Assembly: GCA_030698665.1 (NCBI GenBank)
Contig: JAUYMI010000021.1
Location: 1-48,567 of the forward strand
DNA: 48,567 bases
Origin: a bacterium
GTDB taxonomy: Bacteria > Patescibacteriota > Minisyncoccia > Minisyncoccales > UBA10102
Reading direction: 5' to 3'
The position numbers were made by a program, and so were the translations under genes. Below, in pieces: positions 43,991-48,567 of the stretch. The stretch's first letter is position 1, and every line of letters begins with the position of its first letter. The notes under the pieces were generated by a model. The model made no database searches, was not told where the DNA came from, and saw nothing but the letters and a program-made list of their open reading frames with translations.

Positions 43991-44416
43991 ATGGCAAAAA
44001 AGATCATCGCTGTTATCAAGGTTCACATCCCGGCCGGACAGGCGACTCCGGCTCCTCCAATCGGACCCGCCTTGGCCTCGCACGGGGTCAACATCGGGGA
44101 GTTCTGCCAGAAGTTCAACGAGCAGACAAAGGACAGGCAGGGATTTAAGATTCCCACGGAGATTTTCGTACACGAGGACCGTACATACACCTTCAAGCTC
44201 CATCAGCCCACAGCAGCTCAGCTCCTGCGCACGATGGCCGGAATTGAGAAGGGATCGGGAGAGCCAAATAAAAAGAAGGTTGGAATCCTGACACGCTCCC
44301 AGCTTGGGCAGATCGCTACCCAGAAGATGGAGGATATGAACACTAAGGATATTCAGCAGGCCGTGCGCACGCTGGAGGGGACCGCAAAGAACATGGGTAT
44401 TGAAGTACAGCAATGA
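43991..44416 (+). CDS. rplK: 50S ribosomal protein L11
   Basis: AGQATPAPPIGPAL, FCQKFN, GTAKNMG. Confidence 0.98.
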   Translation: MAKKIIAVIKVHIPAGQATPAPPIGPALASHGVNIGEFCQKFNEQTKDRQGFKIPTEIFVHEDRTYTFKLHQPTAAQLLRTMAGIEKGSGEPNKKKVGILTRSQLGQIATQKMEDMNTKDIQQAVRTLEGTAKNMGIEVQQ

Positions 44417-44991
44417 TTCTCTCTGACCGGGACATCAAGGCGTACATTCAGGAAGGGAAGATAGAGGTCTTCCCGAGGCCTGACTTTGAGAAACAGCTTG
44501 GGCCGTGCTCTTTGGATTTGCACCTCGGGAATATCTTTAAAACCTTCAAGCCTTCCCAGTATCCGTACTTGGATCTCAAGCGCGACATCTCAATTGAGAA
44601 GCTCATGGAAGAGGTGCACGTGGCAGAGGACGGAGGCGCCTTCATTTTGCAGCCTAAGGGCTTTGTCCTGGCTGTTACGAGAGAGGCCTTCACCCTCCCG
44701 GACGATATCATGGGACGCTTGGACGGAAGGAGCTCTTTGGGGAGGCTGGGTATCGTGGTTCACTCAACCGCGGCCCGTTTTGACCCGGGATGGAAGGGCA
44801 AGGCCGTCATGGAGCTCGGAAATCTCGGCATCATGCCCGTGGTGCTGTATTCTGGCATGAGGATTGCCGCCCTTACCTTTGAGACGCTCTCCTCTCCCTC
44901 CGAGGTTCCGTACGGAAAAAAAGAGAGCCATAAGTATTCCTCTCAGGACTCGCCTCAGGCGAGTAAGATTGATAAGGAGATCAAGGAGTAG
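44413..44991 (+). CDS. dcd: dCTP deaminase
   Basis: MILSDRDI, SLDLHLG, GRSSLGRLG, DPGWKG, ELGN. Confidence 0.94.
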   Translation: MILSDRDIKAYIQEGKIEVFPRPDFEKQLGPCSLDLHLGNIFKTFKPSQYPYLDLKRDISIEKLMEEVHVAEDGGAFILQPKGFVLAVTREAFTLPDDIMGRLDGRSSLGRLGIVVHSTAARFDPGWKGKAVMELGNLGIMPVVLYSGMRIAALTFETLSSPSEVPYGKKESHKYSSQDSPQASKIDKEIKE

Positions 44992-44994
44992 ATT

Positions 44995-45933
44995 CTAGAA
45001 TCCGCCGACCACCGTAATCTCCCCCTTGATGGGGGGATAGGGGTCGTAGCCAACAATCTCAAAGTCCTCTGGCACAAAGGCGTCCACGTCTTTTTTGTTT
45101 GGGTTGATCTTCATGATGGGGAAGGGGCGGGGCTCCCTGGACATCTGTTCTTTCACCTGGTCATAGTGGTTGCCGTAGATGTGCACGTCTCCGAAGGTAT
45201 GCACAAAATCCCCGGGCTCGTATCCCGTCACCTGGGCTATGATGAGAGTGAGGAGGGCGTAGCTTGCGATGTTGAAGGGGACTCCGAGGAACATGTCAGC
45301 TGATCTTTGGTAGAGCTGGCAGTTGAGTTTTCCGTCTGCCACGTTGAAGTGAAAGAAGGTGTGGCATGGGGGAATTGCCATGGATTTGCCCGGGAGCGCC
45401 ATTTCGTAGATAAACTCCGGGTTCCATGCCGAAACCACGTAGTGCTTGCGGTCAGGATGCGACTTGAGCTTTGAGATGACCCAGGCTAGCTGGTCAATCT
45501 CTCGTCCGTCAGAGGTTTTCCACTTTCTCCACTGGCGCCCGTAGACAGGACCAAGTTCTCCCCATTCTTTTGCAAACTCCTCATCCTCCTTTATCTTTTG
45601 AGCGAACTCTTCCTGTGCCATCTCGGGAACCTTGCCTTCCTCGGCCGCCTTTTTGTATGGCTTGTACGCCCAGTCATCCCAGATATGAACGTTGTTGTCT
45701 ACTAAGTACTTGATGTTGGAGTCGCCCTTGAGGAACCAGAGGAGCTCTGTGACGATGCCGCGCAAAAACACCTTCTTTGTGGTGAGCAGAGGGAAGCCCG
45801 CAGAGAGAGGAAAGCGCATCTGACGCCCAAACACCGACTTTATCTCAATGCCGGTGTTGAACTCGTGCTTGATTGCCCCATTGTCCAGGATGTCGGATAG
45901 GAGCTCCAGGTATTGGTACTCTGGGTGCTTCAT
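44995..45933 (-). CDS. thyA: Thymidylate synthase ThyA
   Basis: [48 protein letters not shown]. Confidence 0.98.
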   Translation of the reverse strand: MKHPEYQYLELLSDILDNGAIKHEFNTGIEIKSVFGRQMRFPLSAGFPLLTTKKVFLRGIVTELLWFLKGDSNIKYLVDNNVHIWDDWAYKPYKKAAEEGKVPEMAQEEFAQKIKEDEEFAKEWGELGPVYGRQWRKWKTSDGREIDQLAWVISKLKSHPDRKHYVVSAWNPEFIYEMALPGKSMAIPPCHTFFHFNVADGKLNCQLYQRSADMFLGVPFNIASYALLTLIIAQVTGYEPGDFVHTFGDVHIYGNHYDQVKEQMSREPRPFPIMKINPNKKDVDAFVPEDFEIVGYDPYPPIKGEITVVGGF

Positions 45934-45959
45934 ACATGATAGTATACCATAATCTGAGC

Positions 45960-46793
45960 ATGCACAGGAAGCTACATAACGAATCGGCCTTTACGCTCAT
46001 TGAGCTTCTTGTTGTTATAGCTATCATAGGCCTCCTATCTTCTATTGTCTTGGTCAATCTTCAAGGGACACGACAGAGGGGAAGAGAGGCCGCAGGCAAG
46101 CAGTTTTCCTCTTCTCTCCAGAACGCCCTGGGCTCTGAAGCTATGGGCATCTGGAGACTTGATGAGGGATCCGGCACGACGGTGTATGACAACGCAGGGT
46201 ATGGGAACAACGGAACGCTCACCAATGGACCCGTGTGGCAGACAGAAGCCCAGTGCGGGCTGGGGCTTGGATCATGCCTGCTTTTTGATGGGAGCGATGA
46301 CTATGTAAATCTGGATACAGATGCCATGAATGGCCTCAACGACTTCACGGTTTCCTATTGGATGAAGACAAGTGACACAACCAAGGCAGGAACAGCAATT
46401 CACGCAACCAATACCGGAAACAATGAATTTATTCCATACAACTATAGAAGTCTGCAAGTGTATGTAAAAGATACTGTTTGGTCAACAGGAGAGGCATTGA
46501 ATAATGGCAACTGGAGATTTATAGCGATAACAAGAAATGGCACAACAGGCAAAGTAGAGCTTTTTGTTGATGGAGCGCTGGAAGGCTCTTCCACTCTTGC
46601 TGCTGGTTCTTTGAATGTAGGGGGATGCTTGGTGTTAGGACAGGAGCAAGACGCTGTTTGCGGAGGATTTGACACAACGCAAGCATTTTTGGGATTGCTT
46701 GACGATGTGCGCATTTACGCTACCGATCTTACTCTAGCCAAAATCCAGCAGCTGTATGCTGAAGGAATACAACGTCATCTAGCTGAGCAATGA
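45960..46793 (+). CDS. Type IV pilin-like (N-terminal methylation motif) protein with LamG/ConA-like domain, copy 1
   Basis: [15 protein letters not shown]; WRLDEGSG...FDG...FTVSYW...LFVDG...GLLDDVRIY. Confidence 0.88.
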   Translation: MHRKLHNESAFTLIELLVVIAIIGLLSSIVLVNLQGTRQRGREAAGKQFSSSLQNALGSEAMGIWRLDEGSGTTVYDNAGYGNNGTLTNGPVWQTEAQCGLGLGSCLLFDGSDDYVNLDTDAMNGLNDFTVSYWMKTSDTTKAGTAIHATNTGNNEFIPYNYRSLQVYVKDTVWSTGEALNNGNWRFIAITRNGTTGKVELFVDGALEGSSTLAAGSLNVGGCLVLGQEQDAVCGGFDTTQAFLGLLDDVRIYATDLTLAKIQQLYAEGIQRHLAEQ

Positions 46794-47638
46794 AGAAAGG
46801 ATTCACTCTCATCGAGCTCCTGGTAGTTATAGCTATCATCGGTCTTTTGGCTTCCATTGTCTTGGTTAACCTGCAGGGAACACGTGGGCGAGGCAGAGTG
46901 GCAGCAGGCAAGCAGTTTGCCTCTTCCCTCCAGCATACCCTTGGAGATCAGGCAGTCGGAATCTGGAGACTTGATGAGGGATCCGGCACGACGGCGTACG
47001 ACAACGCAGGATATTCCAACAACGGCACCTTGACTGGCGGTCCCACATGGAAGACGGAGAGCGAGTGCGGGTTGGGGCTTGGATCGTGCCTTGACTTCAA
47101 CGGTACGACTGCCTATATCAACGCCGGAAATTCAAGCACGCTTGATCTCACGGATCAGTTCACTGTTTCAGCATGGGTCTACGCCAGAACCGGACCAGCG
47201 AGTCAGGGAAGAACCGTTGCCAGCAGGTATAAGTATCTGACGGGGCTTGATACAGGGTGGAACTTTGGGGCCGTGTGGACAACCCCCGATTTTAGCTTTC
47301 AGGTTCATGATGGTGCTGGAAACAATAAGTATGCAACATATTCAAACTACTACGTCACTCAACTGAACCAGTGGAACCATATGGTGGCGGTGTACAAGGC
47401 CTCTCAGTATATAGAGCTTTATATGAACGGCCAGCGGGTTGCGAACAGCACCACGGTCATTCCTGTAATCTCCTATACTCTTTCCAACCCAGTGACCATA
47501 GGACGAAGAAGCGGAGATGCGCAGTCGTACTTTGACGGCATGATTGACGATGTCGCGATCTATGCCTCAGCCCTCACCACAGCTGAGATCCAACAACTCT
47601 ACGCTGAAGGAAGAGAAAAGCACCTCGCTGAACAATGA
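46790..47638 (+). CDS. Type IV pilin-like LamG protein, copy 2
   Basis: [17 protein letters not shown]; FTVSAW, WNHM, LYMNG, FDGMIDDVAIY. Confidence 0.9.
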   Translation: MKKGFTLIELLVVIAIIGLLASIVLVNLQGTRGRGRVAAGKQFASSLQHTLGDQAVGIWRLDEGSGTTAYDNAGYSNNGTLTGGPTWKTESECGLGLGSCLDFNGTTAYINAGNSSTLDLTDQFTVSAWVYARTGPASQGRTVASRYKYLTGLDTGWNFGAVWTTPDFSFQVHDGAGNNKYATYSNYYVTQLNQWNHMVAVYKASQYIELYMNGQRVANSTTVIPVISYTLSNPVTIGRRSGDAQSYFDGMIDDVAIYASALTTAEIQQLYAEGREKHLAEQ

Positions 47639-48441
47639 GGAAAGGATTTACCTTAATTGAACTCCTCGTGGTCATAGCCATCATTGGCCTCATCGCCTCC
47701 ATTGTTTTAGTGAACCTGCAGGGGGTCCGGGGAAAAGGAAGGGTTGCCGCAGGCAAGCAGTTTGAACAGAGCGTGATGAATACTACTGGAGCCTATGCGG
47801 TTGGTGTGTGGGACTTTGAAGAAGACAGTGGCACAACTACAAAGGATCGCTCAGGTTTTGGCAACATCGGCACGATCAACGGTGCGCTCTGGGTAGTTAA
47901 TGACGAACTGGGAGGATACGCGCTTTCTTTTAATGGGTCCAACTCAGTGACTGCTCCTGATAGTTCTTCTTTGAATATTACTTCAAACTCCTTTACGCTC
48001 TCAGGATGGTTTAAGCCCTCAGTTGACATTACGAACCAGACATCGACCTACCCCATCTTTATTATGAAGCGTCCATGGCTCGTTGGAGGATATGCCGCTC
48101 ACTTTCTCAAATCAAACGGCAAGATTATCGTCCAGTACTGTAGGTCGGGAGGGCCGTGCTCATCGGCAGAGTCAAAAACCTCTTTTAAGGCCAATACCTG
48201 GTACTACTACACGGGAACATTTGATGGAAATAAGTTGCGCGTCTATATCGATGGAAGACTTGAAACAGAAAGCTCTGCTTCAGGTGTCATGGGGTCTAGC
48301 TCCCCGGACGGACTAGTCATCGGGTCGTCTTTTCAGGGGCAGGTTGACCAGGTCCGTATCTTTGAGCAAGCTCTGGCTGTCGCCCAAATTCAGCAGTTGT
48401 ATGCTCAGGGCTTGAAAAATCACGGAATTGCCGCACAATAG
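47635..48441 (+). CDS. Type IV pilin-like LamG protein, copy 3
   Basis: [17 protein letters not shown]; FTLSGW, WYY..GTFDG, VYIDG, FQGQVDQVRIF. Confidence 0.9.
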   Translation: MRKGFTLIELLVVIAIIGLIASIVLVNLQGVRGKGRVAAGKQFEQSVMNTTGAYAVGVWDFEEDSGTTTKDRSGFGNIGTINGALWVVNDELGGYALSFNGSNSVTAPDSSSLNITSNSFTLSGWFKPSVDITNQTSTYPIFIMKRPWLVGGYAAHFLKSNGKIIVQYCRSGGPCSSAESKTSFKANTWYYYTGTFDGNKLRVYIDGRLETESSASGVMGSSSPDGLVIGSSFQGQVDQVRIFEQALAVAQIQQLYAQGLKNHGIAAQ

Positions 48442-48446
48442 GGGGT

Positions 48447-48567
48447 ATGAAGACATTCCTCATCGCCGCCCTGACTGCCGACGGGTTCATTGCCCGCAGT
48501 TCAGATCACCTAGCTGACTGGACGAGCAAGGAGGACAAGGTATTCTTCACAAAGCGGACAAAGCAGG
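48447..48567 (+). CDS. folA: Dihydrofolate reductase (3'-truncated by window edge)
   Basis: Manual translation MKTFLIAALTADGFIARSSDHLADWTSKEDKVFFTKRTKQ; thyA nearby. Confidence 0.7.
   Translation, partial: MKTFLIAALTADGFIARSSDHLADWTSKEDKVFFTKRTKQ

Noticed and set aside
45960-48441. Diversity-generating retroelement acting on the pilin-LamG genes
   Set aside because: No reverse transcriptase and no template/variable repeat pair with adenine-specific mismatches in the window; the shared 50-nt block differs by C/T only
1-48567. Alternative genetic code 25 (TGA=Gly), CRISPR arrays, rRNA, IS elements
   Set aside because: TGA ends many conserved genes at their expected termini; no repeat-spacer array, rRNA sequence or transposase was seen

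Overview
Core-genome window of a Candidate Phyla Radiation bacterium, most likely Parcubacteria. This is inferred from the missing rpmD/L30 between rpsE and rplO, the absence of rplA/L1 after rplK, domain-stripped AlaRS/ProRS/PheT and CPR-typical hypothetical families; TGA is read as stop. The window holds the rplC-to-map (S10/spc) cluster without rpsJ, then an 8-gene block (GT2, GalT-like, DedA, tpiA, YkuK-like, mnmA, alaS, baseplate-J-like) inserted between map and infA. After that come the alpha operon plus rplM/rpsI, murA, two mreB paralogs, holB, frr, rseP, proS, gatCA, three tRNAs (fMet, Met, Asp), a pyrE-like gene, pheST, gyrB, secE-nusG-rplK, dcd, thyA and a partial folA. The most notable accessory signals are: (1) an AT-rich HTH plus single-LAGLIDADG-like gene between tRNA genes, whose promoter carries an inverted repeat matching the tRNA T-loop motif GGTTCGA; (2) a dockerin gene next to a membrane-anchored cohesin gene; (3) three tandem pilin-LamG genes with conserved ends and divergent cores between thyA and folA; (4) a structured terminator/antiterminator-type leader in front of rplC; (5) a stand-alone 80-aa basic Cys-rich ORF with its own promoter and terminator; (6) many apparently leaderless genes. 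All calls come from motif recognition by eye; no database searches were run.
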